Source: Proteromonas lacertae
Lineage: Eukaryota
Reading direction: 5' to 3'
Length of the DNA: 64,000 nt
Assembly: GCA_002245135.1 (NCBI GenBank)
Contig: NGBS01000874.1
Location: 248,001 to 312,000, forward strand
In this document: positions 26,047-37,627 of the stretch, piece after piece
How the letters are laid out: each line of letters starts with the position of its first letter
Numbering within the stretch: position 1 is the first letter of the stretch
Notes under the pieces: model-generated
Databases searched by the model: none
Seen by the model: the letters and a program-made list of their open reading frames with translations, nothing else
What the model was told of the DNA's origin: nothing
Program-made: the position numbers and the translations under genes

Positions 26047-27609
26047 TTATTTTTTCCAAATACTTTTTAATTTATCAGCAGCACGACCTAGAAATCCAAA
26101 TGGATTATGTCTCGATTCATAACACTCATTTTCACTTTTCGCAAATTCTTTCAACAATTCTCTTTGTTTATCACTTATCTTACTATATCAATATAATAAT
26201 GATAATAATAATATATACGTTGGTATTCTTACAGTATAATGCAATATTTGATCACCTTTACTAAATCCATTTGATTTTACAACACCTTTATTTCTTAATA
26301 TAAATCTATCACCAGGTTGAGTTCCAGCCTTTAAATCAATATCCATTGGTCCTTCAATAGTCGGAACTTGTATTTTTCCACCTAAAACAGCTTGTGTAAT
26401 TGATATAGGAACTTCAACATGTAGATTATAGCCATCACGATGGAAAATATCATCTTTACTTACTTGTACTGTAACATAAAGATTACCTGTCCTTCCACCT
26501 AATTTACCAGCATCTCCTTGTCCACTAACCCTCAATCTATCACCATTATCTATACCAGGTGGGATTTTAACTTCTACTACTTTTGTTTTTCTTTCCTATA
26601 TATAAATGATAATAATAATTATATATATATACTATTCCATTTCCATGACAATTAGGACATGGATGATTTATTACTTTTCCTTTACCTCGACATGTTCTAC
26701 ATGGTCTTTGAACTGTAAAGAATCCAGTACTTTGAGTCTCAACTCCTGAACCATGACAATGACTACATTTCTCTTGTTTTGTACCTGGTGCCTATTATAA
26801 TAAATATAATAAATATATTATATACACATCCACTACCACTGCATTTACTACATTGAACCATTCTTGACAATTTTACATCTTTATTACATCCTTTTATTGA
26901 TTCTAAAAATGTTAAATTTAAATTATAATGTAAATCATTTCCTCTTTCAGGAATATCTGTATTTTGACCCATTCCGAATATGTCTTCAAAATTAATACTA
27001 CCTCCTCCATTGCTAGAATAACTACCATTTGTACCACCAAAATCTCCTCCAAACATACTGGCAAATTCACGGAATATATCTTCAGCAGACATTCCTCCAT
27101 TGAAACCACCAAAACCTCCTTCTCCTCCCATCATGTTGGGATCTACACCTGCAAAACCGAATTGATCGTATTTCTTACGTTTTGCATCATCACTTAATAC
27201 TTCATATGCTGCTGTTACTTCTACAAATTTTTTCTGTGCTTCTTTATCGCCTTTATTTCTATCTGGGTGATATTTCTTGGCTAACTCAAAATAACGTTTT
27301 TTTATTTCTTGTTTAGTTGCTGATCTTGGTAAATTTAAAACCTATTTAATGAAATAATCATTTATTAATACTTCATAGTAATCTCTTTGTTTATCAAGGA
27401 ATGGAGTAGTACTATGGAATGAACGAATATTGTATCGAAGCTATGATCATAAAATATAAACAATATACTGAGAGGGGTGAAGAAAAAATTGATCTACCTA
27501 ATGTAGAATAGAAATTGTATTGAAATCTGTGTAAAAAGAGTGAACTATTTCTGATGCAGTGTGCTGCACATCTACTGTTGCATAAAATTGCTTTTGTAAG
27601 TGATTGCAT
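26047..27609 (-). CDS. Mitochondrial type I DnaJ chaperone (Mdj1/DNAJA3-like)
   Basis: Presequence MQSLTKAILCNSR, J domain with HPD (KYHPDRN), G/F-rich region, CxxCxGxG zinc fingers, and C-terminal domain (ITQAVLGGKIQVPTIEG). Confidence 0.92.
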
Positions 27610-27748
27610 CAAGTATTAGAAGATGAATAGCTTGAGGAAGACTTGAATCAATGAAACGACAATATTTTTTGTTTTTACATAATTCATTCTCCATAGACAC
27701 AATATGAAATACAAAACATAATAATAATTATAACATATCATTAACTAT

Positions 27749-28945
27749 TTAAATACTGGTAAAGTATGAATTATCCCATCTTGTTGAATCAATAGCTAAT
27801 TCATTCTCATTTCCATTAGTTATAATTGAAGCACATTTTACAATATCAGTATTACCAATTTCTATAATTATGCATATATAAATACAATTAAATACTTTCA
27901 ATTAATTTTCTGGATGGTATTTTAAATCTTAAATAAAAAGGATTCTACAACAATTAATAGACAAAAATATAAATATACTTCTATATCTGTAGAACATAAC
28001 TTTCCAGGTAAAAACCCTGATTTCAACATATACTCTTCAATTTCATTAACAATAGAACGATAATAACTCTTACTATCAATTTTTAATATGTTTGAAATAT
28101 GATCAACTTTATCTTCATATTCTTTATCATTAGCCTGTTCTTGTCTTTTAAATATTTCATACAAAGTATCACCAACCTCTTTTTCATTTCTTATTAAGCC
28201 ACTTTTACTTAAAAATGGAGCACTATATTAATATAATTAATAACTAAAAAGAAAATACTTTCTAGCTAATACAAAAGGTACATTTTCATTTGGTAATAAT
28301 GGATGAATGTTATTACTAAACTAATTACAATATATATATATCTTTTATACAATATAATCAATATTATTACTATATTTCTCATAGTCAATAACATTAAATC
28401 CACTACTACAATCAACTATTGTACTGATATCTGGTCTTTTTAATCGTAAATGTGTTAATAGTTTTGAAACTGGATATATAAATCCTGAAGGTGGGCAAAG
28501 TGGAATAACAACTATATTAATAGGATTTAAAGTATAAATATATATACTATGTGTTATGGAAGTATCTCCGAATACATATTCTTGTAAATAATCAAAATTT
28601 GGTTGTTCATAATCACCATATTCTTCAAATCTATTATATTATAAATTAGATATTATTCTTATACTCTCCTCTTATTTGATAATATTCTGACCTATCTAGA
28701 ATTGAATGAACATATTGTGTTGGTCCTATAACCAATAATACACCATCAAATGGAATGCAGCTATAAAAATATCACAAATAAAGAAATACGAAGAAAATAT
28801 TTTATCAATTGGAGTTTCATCTTTATTCAGTAAGATAGTTGAATATTCGTTTGAATTCTTTATTCCAGCCTTCGCACTAACCAAAGAATGAATTTCTATT
28901 TGAATAGATGGAAATCATACTGTCATATGCTTTACTAGCAAACAT
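27749..28945 (-). CDS. Hypothetical protein, possibly a degenerate class V aminotransferase (PLP fold)
   Basis: Spliced frame includes IVIPLCPPSGFIYPVSKLLTHLRLKRPDISTIVDCSSGFNVIDYEKYSNIDY, resembling the TG...P+..+......+VD+....G...+D.....+D segment of class V enzymes. Confidence 0.4.
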
Positions 28946-29041
28946 TCTTTTAATATTTGATTTTAAATTACACTTAAGTATATTTGTTCGTAAGAAAAAA
29001 GCCATTTTTGATATTTTCTCAAACCCAAGCTTGAAAGAAAA

Positions 29042-31403
29042 ATGAATGTTTTAAATGACTTGAAAAGGTTATTAGATAATTTTTCTTCTGTATCTAGTTT
29101 CGCTTATATATATTTAGATCAATAGTTTTGTTTATGACGACTTTAAGAGAGTATGGAATGAAATGAAGTTTGGAGTGTTGTTGTATACATGTACAAAATA
29201 TCAGAGATATGAAGATTATGTACAGATGTTTTATGAATCAGCATTATGTATAATTAGCTTATTCTATTTTTTAGCTTTACTGGAGATTAATACTGATTCA
29301 TACCAAGCAGGGATATTGTTTTTCTTGTATACATTCTATAAAGTACAAACGACTATTATACCAATTCGATTATCACAGAAGTATTATGAAAAACTAGTAT
29401 CACTTCTAATAATGTATCAACAACAATCATTAACAAATACAGAACCATATCAAATATTAAAATACATGTTTAAAAACAACTATTTTGTTCATTGTCTATA
29501 TAGTGAAGGTGTTGAATTAGAAAATATTCCATCATCATTTACAAACACAAAATCAACTCAAAATACTCCACTATCCAAAGAAGAAATCCTATCTTTGTGT
29601 TCAATTCCTGAAATAGAAAGAATTTCGTCACTTTATACATCAATGTATAACAACAATAATCAAATAGAGAGAAATGATCATATTGAAGATAATTTATCCA
29701 CTTCTATTATGGAGTTAATTAATAATTTTGAACAGAGTCATCAAAGAGGAGTAAATGAAACAGAAAATAATGATGAAGAAGAAGAAGATAATGAAGATGA
29801 AGAGAAATCAATGAATAATATTCGTAATAGAAGAACAAAAAATACAAATCAATCAAAGAAAAAGAAAGAAAAGAATCTTTTAACTAGAAGTAATAGAATA
29901 AAGTTATTGAAAAGAGTTGAGAGTATTCAAAGCCGTTTATCTATTTCAAATTTACCAATTGTAGATATACAACCAGTTATATCAATAACAAATAATAGTG
30001 ATAACAATATTGAGAATAATAGCTCTGTTGATATGAATAGTAACAATTTAAATCATATCAGAAGTTTATTTGGATATAATAACAGGAATGAAACTAATAG
30101 TCAAGAAGAAGGAGGAGAAGAAGAAAACTTAAATAATGAAGGTGGAAGAAAAACGAAGAAAAGAAAATTGAAAAATAAAGAAACTAATAAAAAGAAACAA
30201 AATAAGAAAAGAAAGTCAAGTGAAGAAGACGTTATAGAAAATGTTATGAATGTAATAAAAGAAAAGACAAAGACAAAAGCAAAAACAAAAACAACAAAAA
30301 AGAGGAAAACAAGAACTGTATCACAGAATAAAAAGAAAAACAAATCAAAAGATAGTAATTCAATTGAAATGGATGAATTATTTGGTGAAAATGAAGAGAT
30401 TGACAATAGAATTGAAGAAGAAGAAGATAATGATGAAGATGAAGTAATTACCAGAAATAATAAATCACAATCATCAAATCCATTATCATCTATAAATAGT
30501 AATTTAAATGAGATAGACAATTTGTTAAATGAAAATGACGAAATAAACAATGAAATACAAACATCAACAACAATAAGAAAAATGAATAAAACAACTTCCA
30601 AAGGTAATAAAAATAATAAATCAATAGATGATAATCTCTATGAAATAAATGCTCTGTTAAATGAGAATAATGAAATAGATAATATGATTGAAGAAGAAGA
30701 AGATGATGATGATAATGAGATAATTGTTTATAATAATAACAAATCTGGATCGTTAAATAGATTACCATCATTAGAAGATAATTTGGATAAAATAAACGAT
30801 TTATTGAATAAAAATGACGAAATAGAAAATGAAATACATAATATTAGAAAAAGAAATACTAGAAAGAGGAAAAATACAAAAACAACACTGAAGAAGAAAA
30901 GGAATAGTAAGTCAATAGAAGATAATATAAATGAAATAGATGAATTATTATATGAGAATAATGAGATTGATAATGAAATACAGGAAAAAACAACACAAAA
31001 AAAGACTAAAGCAACCAAAACAAAGACAAATAAGAAGAATAAAAACAGCAATAAGTCAATTGAAGATAATATAAATGAAATTGATGAATTATTAAATGAG
31101 AATAATGAAATAGAGAATCGAATGGAAGAAGAAAATGATGATGAAGTTATAATTTACAGAAATAGTAATATATCACAATCATCAAATCAAATATTATCTA
31201 TAGACAATAATTTAAATGAAATAGATGAATTGTTGAATGAAAACGAAGAAATTAACAATGTAATTGAAGAAAAAAAGAAAAGAAAAAGAACTAAAACTAC
31301 TACATCAAAGAATAAAAAGAGTACTAAATCAATAGATGATAATTTGAATGAGATAGACAGTCTTTTAAATGAGAATGAAGAAATTGATAATATAATTGAT
31401 TAA
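29042..31403 (+). CDS. SNAPC1: snRNA-activating protein complex subunit 1 (SNAP43) with long repetitive C-terminal extension
   Basis: YDDFKRVWNEMKFGVL...AGILFFLYTFYKVQ...IPIRLS matches the SNAP43 N-terminal domain pattern (F...W..MKF, G.LY.LY..Y..Q, IR+). Confidence 0.75.
30360..31400 (+). repeat. Seven full and one partial coding repeats of consensus SIDDNLNEIDELLNENNEIDN
   Basis: Visible in the translation of ORF 29163-31403, with a period of about 44-49 aa. Confidence 0.9.
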
Positions 31404-31452
31404 TAATAGTTTTTTGATAACAATAATTAAAAAAAGATAATAGTTTAGAATG

Positions 31453-32600
31453 TTATTCTTCTTTATACGGTTTTAATAAATTCTCAGAAAATGACTTAAT
31501 GTTTTCTACTCCTCTTGACTTCTTCATTCAATTGAGGTAATAAAACCACGTGGAAAGTGTCATACAATTCATCAATCTGATCTAAATACTTCTCCTGCAT
31601 CTTTCTTCTTGCATTACATTTCACACAAGTTGATCCTTTTTCAACAAACAAAACTTGATTTACTATGATATTATGTGTATCCATTTCATTTCTACTCAAT
31701 TCTTGGACCAATCTTTCAGTCTCATAGACGGATAAGAACTCTGGAATACAAACACAGATAAATGTTGTTAATTCACTATTCTTAAATTGCTTGTTGACTT
31801 TGTCAGTTAAATCTTTTAAATCATTTATCTATAATATTTATAAATATTATAGATAACTATACTTTTCCAAGCATTGCATCAACAGATGGAGCACCTGCAC
31901 CACCAAGCATTCCAAGCTATATATATATATAATAAAAAACATAATAATCAATGAATATATATACAGTTGAAAAAACTCCTGATAATTTATCTTTCATTGC
32001 TGATAATTTCCCCATTGCTCCTTCCAACATACTTGGGAATCCAATTAATCTCAACGTATGTCCTGTTGGTGCTGTATCAAATACAATGACTGAATAATTC
32101 ATTGTTTGAACTTGTTTCATTAACTCAGCAAAACTCATTGCTTCATCAATTCCAGGGAATGAGGAGGTTAAATCATTGAACATTGATGAGATTGTGCCTT
32201 TTGCACTTGGATTTACATCTAAATCTTCAACCAATGAACCTGAAAAGTCTTTTGTTACTGTAGCATCTAATTCCATACAAAACAGATTTGTGAAACCATT
32301 AACAAGTGTTGGATTTGGTGAAAATTTTTGCTTAAATGCATCACTAAGGTTGTGAGCTGGATCAGTAGATATAATTAAAACACTTTCTCTAGTTTTTGCT
32401 AACTAGTTGTTATAATAAAACAAAATAAAATATACTTGTGTAGCTAAACTACAAGAACATGTTGTTTTACCTACACCTCCTTTACCTCCTACAAAAATCC
32501 TACAATTCATTTAATGTTATTAAATATACCATCTTAGAGATTTTTGATCGATAATATTTAGAAGAGTAGGGTCTAATTCCTCATAGTCATCATAATCCAT
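31453..32600 (-). CDS. GET3: Tail-anchored protein targeting ATPase Get3/ASNA1
   Basis: [62 protein letters not shown], CxxC. One +1 insertion near 31516. Confidence 0.96.
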
Positions 32601-32970
32601 TTAGAAAAGAACAATTTCAATAAAGAATAGAAAAATGAAACGAATCTTTGTCAGAATAGATTAGAATTTTAATGATTTTCATTAAGTTCGTTCAAATGAA
32701 GAAAGAAAGAGAAACTAACATATTAAAATGATTATTAAACGTCATATTTATAATCGTTCAGTATTACTTGAATATGAAATGTTTTCAACAATATTTAAGT
32801 AATATACTCCTATAACTATGACATATATTTACTAAATGTCATTTAATAATTAATATTGTTGGTTCAATTAAACATCTTACCAACTACTGACTATTTTTGA
32901 TTTGTTGAAAATTAAAAGCTTGACTACGTAATCAAACTCACATATTATATAATTACTCAAATTCGTCATT

Positions 32971-34165
32971 ATGAATAAATTGTTCTCGTTTGTAAGAAAT
33001 AAAAATGCAGTATGCACGTTATCTTGTATATCAAAAAGAGGATTTGCTAATGTAACAAAGCGAACTAAAGTATCTAGTTTATTAACAGACAATATAGAGA
33101 ACCACAACAAATATAATCAAAATGAAGAAAGATAAGAAGAAAATATCAATGTGTACAGCTTATAGTTATGGACAAGCAAAACATTGTGAAGAAGCAGGAA
33201 TGGATATGGTTTTAGTAGGTGATTCTGTTGGAATGACTGAGTTAGTATGATATTTATAGATTTATTGAAATAGGGATTCGAAACAACTATTCCAGTCATA
33301 ATGGAAGATATGATTCACCATTGCAAGAGTGTGGCAAGGTATAATTTGTAATAATTGTGTATAATGTAGAGGAAATAACTATAGTTTATTGATTGGGGAT
33401 ATGCCATTTGGAAGTTATATATCTTTTTTTATTCTTTTTTTATAAAGTGTTATTTTTTTTAATTTAATGTCTTCAAGAAGTTGATACAAAAACAGCATAT
33501 AAGAATGCAATAAGATTTCTACAAGAAGGTAATATGAATGCCGTCAAATTAGAAGGAATCAATAAGAATATATCAAAAACAATAAAAGACTTAGTTGGTA
33601 GTGGAATTCCAGTTCAAGGACATATTGGTTTAACTCCACAGAAAGTGAATGTGATTGGTGGATTTAAAAGTCAAGGTAAAACTGGTATATAATATATACT
33701 ATTATTTATTTATTAATATTTAGCTGACGCTGCATTAAAGTTAATAGAAGATGCTTTATTACTACAAGATTGTGGATGTTTTTCAATCGTTTTAGAATGT
33801 GTATAAAATAAAAATAAATGTAATTATTAATTATATATATAAATAGACACCATCTATAGTTGGTAAAATAATAAGTGAGAAAAGTACATATTCCAGTAAT
33901 AGGAATTGGTAGTGGCAAATACTGTGATGGTCAAGTGTTAGTATATCACGATATATTAGGAATAAATGGTACAAAATGTGGTAAATTTGTTAAACAATAT
34001 ATTGATTTATATTCTATTATTATTGATAAGTTAAGTGAATATAAAAATGATGTTGTTAATGGTGAATATCCAAGTGATGTTTACAGTCCTTATAAAATGA
34101 AAGAAGAAGAAGTAAAAGTGTTTTTAGAAAAATCATTATTGATTGATAAATATCCTTTTGAATAA
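32971..34165 (+). CDS. panB: Ketopantoate hydroxymethyltransferase with mitochondrial-type presequence
   Basis: Spliced KISMCTAYSY, LVGDSVGM, DMPFGSY, AVKLEG, QGHIGLTPQ, IVLEC and IGIGSGKYCDGQVLVYHDILG. Confidence 0.95.
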
Positions 34166-34290
34166 TAGTGATATATATATATAACTTGTTTCTTGACTAT
34201 TATTTACTAATAATCATTCGTTTGAAGAAAGCAATGAGAATTTAAATTCTGAAACAATTAAGGTTTATTAATGTTGTTAAAATGTGTTAT

Positions 34291-34332
34291 TTTTATTTGT
34301 CCAAGGTTGTTTTTTTATTTGTCTAAGGTTGT
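34291..34332 (+). repeat. Imperfect 20-bp direct repeat upstream of the Hsp70-like gene
   Basis: ttttatttgtccaaggttgt (34291-34310) and ttttatttgtctaaggttgt (34313-34332). Confidence 0.7.
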
Positions 34333-34459
34333 ATTTTTTCAAAAGGGGAACGAAAATTTTTAACGAAAATTGGTAGTTATTGTTTATCGTTTTTTCTATA
34401 GAAGGAAACACTTATTTTTATAAACAATATTTTTGATTGAACTATCATAGCGTAACATA

Positions 34460-36557
34460 ATGTCAAAAGTTAAAAGTTCATATGGAGTAGATTTAGGAAC
34501 ATCTTTTGCTAAAGCTGCATATGTTGGATTAGTGAATCAAATAACTATAATTCAGTCAAATGAAGGAGAAAACACAATACCAGCATATGTCAGTTACAAC
34601 AGTAAAAATGTCGATAAAATGATAGGATCCTATGCAAAAAATCTTCCATTTATGCAAGATCTTCCTGTTTTATATGATGCAAAGAAATTTATAGGGAAAA
34701 GATTTGACAGGTTAGATGCCAAAACTTGTTGATTCATATCCTTTTGAAATTGTTTCAAAAAATGGTTTACCCTGTTACAGAATAATGTATAATAACAAAG
34801 TTACGTTAATAAGTCCAACTGATATTGATACAGAGATATTAAAATACATTCATAATTGTTATTTTAGACAAATCACTCATTTACCAATAGAAATACATGT
34901 AGTGATTGGAGTTCCAGCTTTATTTTCTTCGAAACAAAGAGAAGAAACAATCAAAGCTGGAATGAATGCAGGAATTGGTAAAATAACTACCATACCAGAA
35001 CCTTCTGCAGCTGTATTGACTTATTTAGATGAAACTCAATATCAAGATGATTGTAAAGTATTGGTATTTGATTTTGGCGCAGGGAAATTTGAATGTTCAG
35101 TTGTTGAAGTGAAAGATAAGAATATTAGTATAATTGGTGTAAATGGAGACGATAATTTAGGTGGACAAGATGTGACAAAAGCCATGTCAAAATATATAAT
35201 TAAAAGAATAAAAACAGAAACAGGTTTAGATATATCAAGGGATTTCAAAATGATTAAAAAAGTAGAAAGTGAATGTGAAGCTGCTAAATTCTTATTATCA
35301 ATGTGTGGTGTTTATCCATTCTATTTAACAGTAAGAGAAAAAGATTTTGTAGAAACATTAACATCAGAAACAATCAATGAGGTGTGTAAAGATATACTTG
35401 ATAGAGCGATTTATATAATGAATGTAACATTAAAAAGATGTGAATTAACTCCAGATGATATTGATTATATTATTCCAGCTGGTGGTTCAAGTAGATTATC
35501 ATTTTTAAGAGAGTATATAGATGAAAAATTCAAAAATGTTACAGTATTGACAAAAATAAATCCAGATGAAGTTGTAGTAAGAGGATGTGCTTTATATTCA
35601 AATTATATAGCAAATGATGAATATGAATATAAAATAATAGATTATGTACCTCCAGAACCATTAGCAATTGGAGTTGATTTAACATCAAAGATTTCAAGAG
35701 TAACATTTTATGATTATGCTGAAGATAAATACAGTGTAATAACATTCCCATCTACTGTTGCATTTAATAAGAAAACTAAAGAAATCAAAGTTGGTTTTGA
35801 TGAAAAAACAATTGATGAGGAAAAATATTCTGTTGTTTCAGATCCAATTAAATATATAGGAAAGAAATTCTCAGAAATTGATAAATCTGAATATGAATTT
35901 GTTAATTATACATTAATTAGAGCAAAAGGAAATAAATGTTTCTATAAAGTTATGTATAACAAAAAGGTTCATTATTATTTACCATCTCAGATATTATCTT
36001 TGATTTTAATGTTTATTACTAAATCTTTAAAACACAAAGAATTAGATGGAGTAATTGCTGTTCCTATTAATTTCAATCAAAGTCAAAGAGAAGAAGTAAA
36101 AAAAGTATGTCATGAAAGTGGAATGAAAGTATTACAGTTCATTCCTGAAGGTATTTGTTCGTTGCTTTATTATCTAAATAAAAAAGAGATTACAATGCCA
36201 GTGTGTAATGTATTAATTTGTAATTTCTGTTCAAAAGAAAAAGTAATTCCAATATTAAGTATAAGTATTCAAGAAAAAAGTAAAATCGGAAAAGATTTAA
36301 TAAATATGGTAATAGAGAATAAAGCCAATAAATCTAGTGGTGTTGGTAATATTGATTATGTTATTGTTGATGGATATTCATATCATACTCCTCAGATACT
36401 GAAGTTAGTTAAGAAATACTTCCCCACTTCTCATATATGTAGATTACACCCTGAAAAAGCTATTTCTGTTGGTGCTTCGATTTATTCAAGATTGATTATA
36501 GAGAAAGAAGAAGGAAAACTACATGTATCTGACTATGTTTGCTCAAAATTGGGTTAA
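34460..36557 (+). CDS. Atypical intronless Hsp70-family protein: one full nucleotide-binding domain plus a second degenerate one, no substrate-binding domain
   Basis: GVDLGTS, IPAYVSY, VIGVPALF..KQR, EPSAA, VFDFGAG, LGGQD, AGGSSR, INPDEVV; then again IGVDLT, FPSTVAF, IAVPINFNQSQR, HPEKAISVGA. One +1 frameshift near 34722-34730. Confidence 0.8.
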
Positions 36558-36737
36558 AACCATTTTGATGAATAATTAACTTAATTTCTACTTTCATATA
36601 GTATAATATTAATATTCTATGGATATTTTGTTGTAATGAATATAAGAATACCAATAAACAACACACAAAATTCGATTTATATTTAAATAAAATATAGATT
36701 AAGTGAAAATTACCTCAATCTTCTCTAATTCAACCTA

Positions 36738-37532
36738 ATTATGTGTCACTATACACAGTTTCTTTCTTTACAGCGTTTGGATTTTTATAAATACCAACTC
36801 TGCATGTTACATACCTCACATCAGCATTAATTGACTTTGTAGCTGGAATATTAAGGCTTCTTTTAGTTAAACCACCTCTTCTAATAGGTGTTTGTTTAAA
36901 TGTTGATATTCTGCTAGTCTTTCTCTTATCAACAATGAATACCTAGATTCTTTTCTCTTTCCTCCTCAAATTCTCTTGCTACCTTTGGAATATAAATATC
37001 ATCTTCACTATCAAGAACTAACTCTTCTGCTGCTACTGTAGTTTGACTGTGGTTGCTTGTTTTTAAAATCTCTAAAACATTCAACCCATTCTTGTGCTGT
37101 TTTAGCTGCATCAGGACCTTCTGCTCTAAAAGTCATTTTTCTTTTGACGTTTCCAACTTCATAGTTTTTTATACTGGATTGAGTAACTTTCAGAATAAGT
37201 GTAAATTCATTTGATCCGGATTTATATTCAATTCCATTATAACATTCATATGGAATGCTTTGTTTCTCATCAATATACATATTTCCAGTTATTGTCTTGT
37301 TCATTGAAGAGTAAATTCGTAAAACAGCAGGATTGTAATAAAAGACACAATACCTCTTCTGGAATTTATTTAACACCCTATCTCTTCCTTCTTTGAGTAG
37401 ATAACCCTCTATCATTATCTCTGTGGTGAATGGAGTATAATGATGACCTGAATTGTTATCATTTTGTTGAGAATTGTTGTTATTCTATTAAGTTTTTATA
37501 AAAATTAGTATATATACAGGATTAGCACTCAT
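36738..37532 (-). CDS. PH-domain protein
   Basis: IEGYLLKEG...KFQKRYCVF...FRAE....AQEWVECF is the PH signature. Two apparent +1 frameshifts near 37013 and 36931 in the tail. Confidence 0.75.
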
Positions 37533-37627
37533 GCTTTATTCTAACTGAAAAATTCTAATTCAAAAAAAGACCCGTTACAATAATAATAAAAAATATTTAT
37601 AATCTTATATATAAAGCTGATAACATT

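Noticed and set aside
24640..31400. Spaced repeats resembling a CRISPR array
   Set aside because: They are in-frame protein repeats with synonymous variation inside eukaryotic genes, and no cas genes are present.
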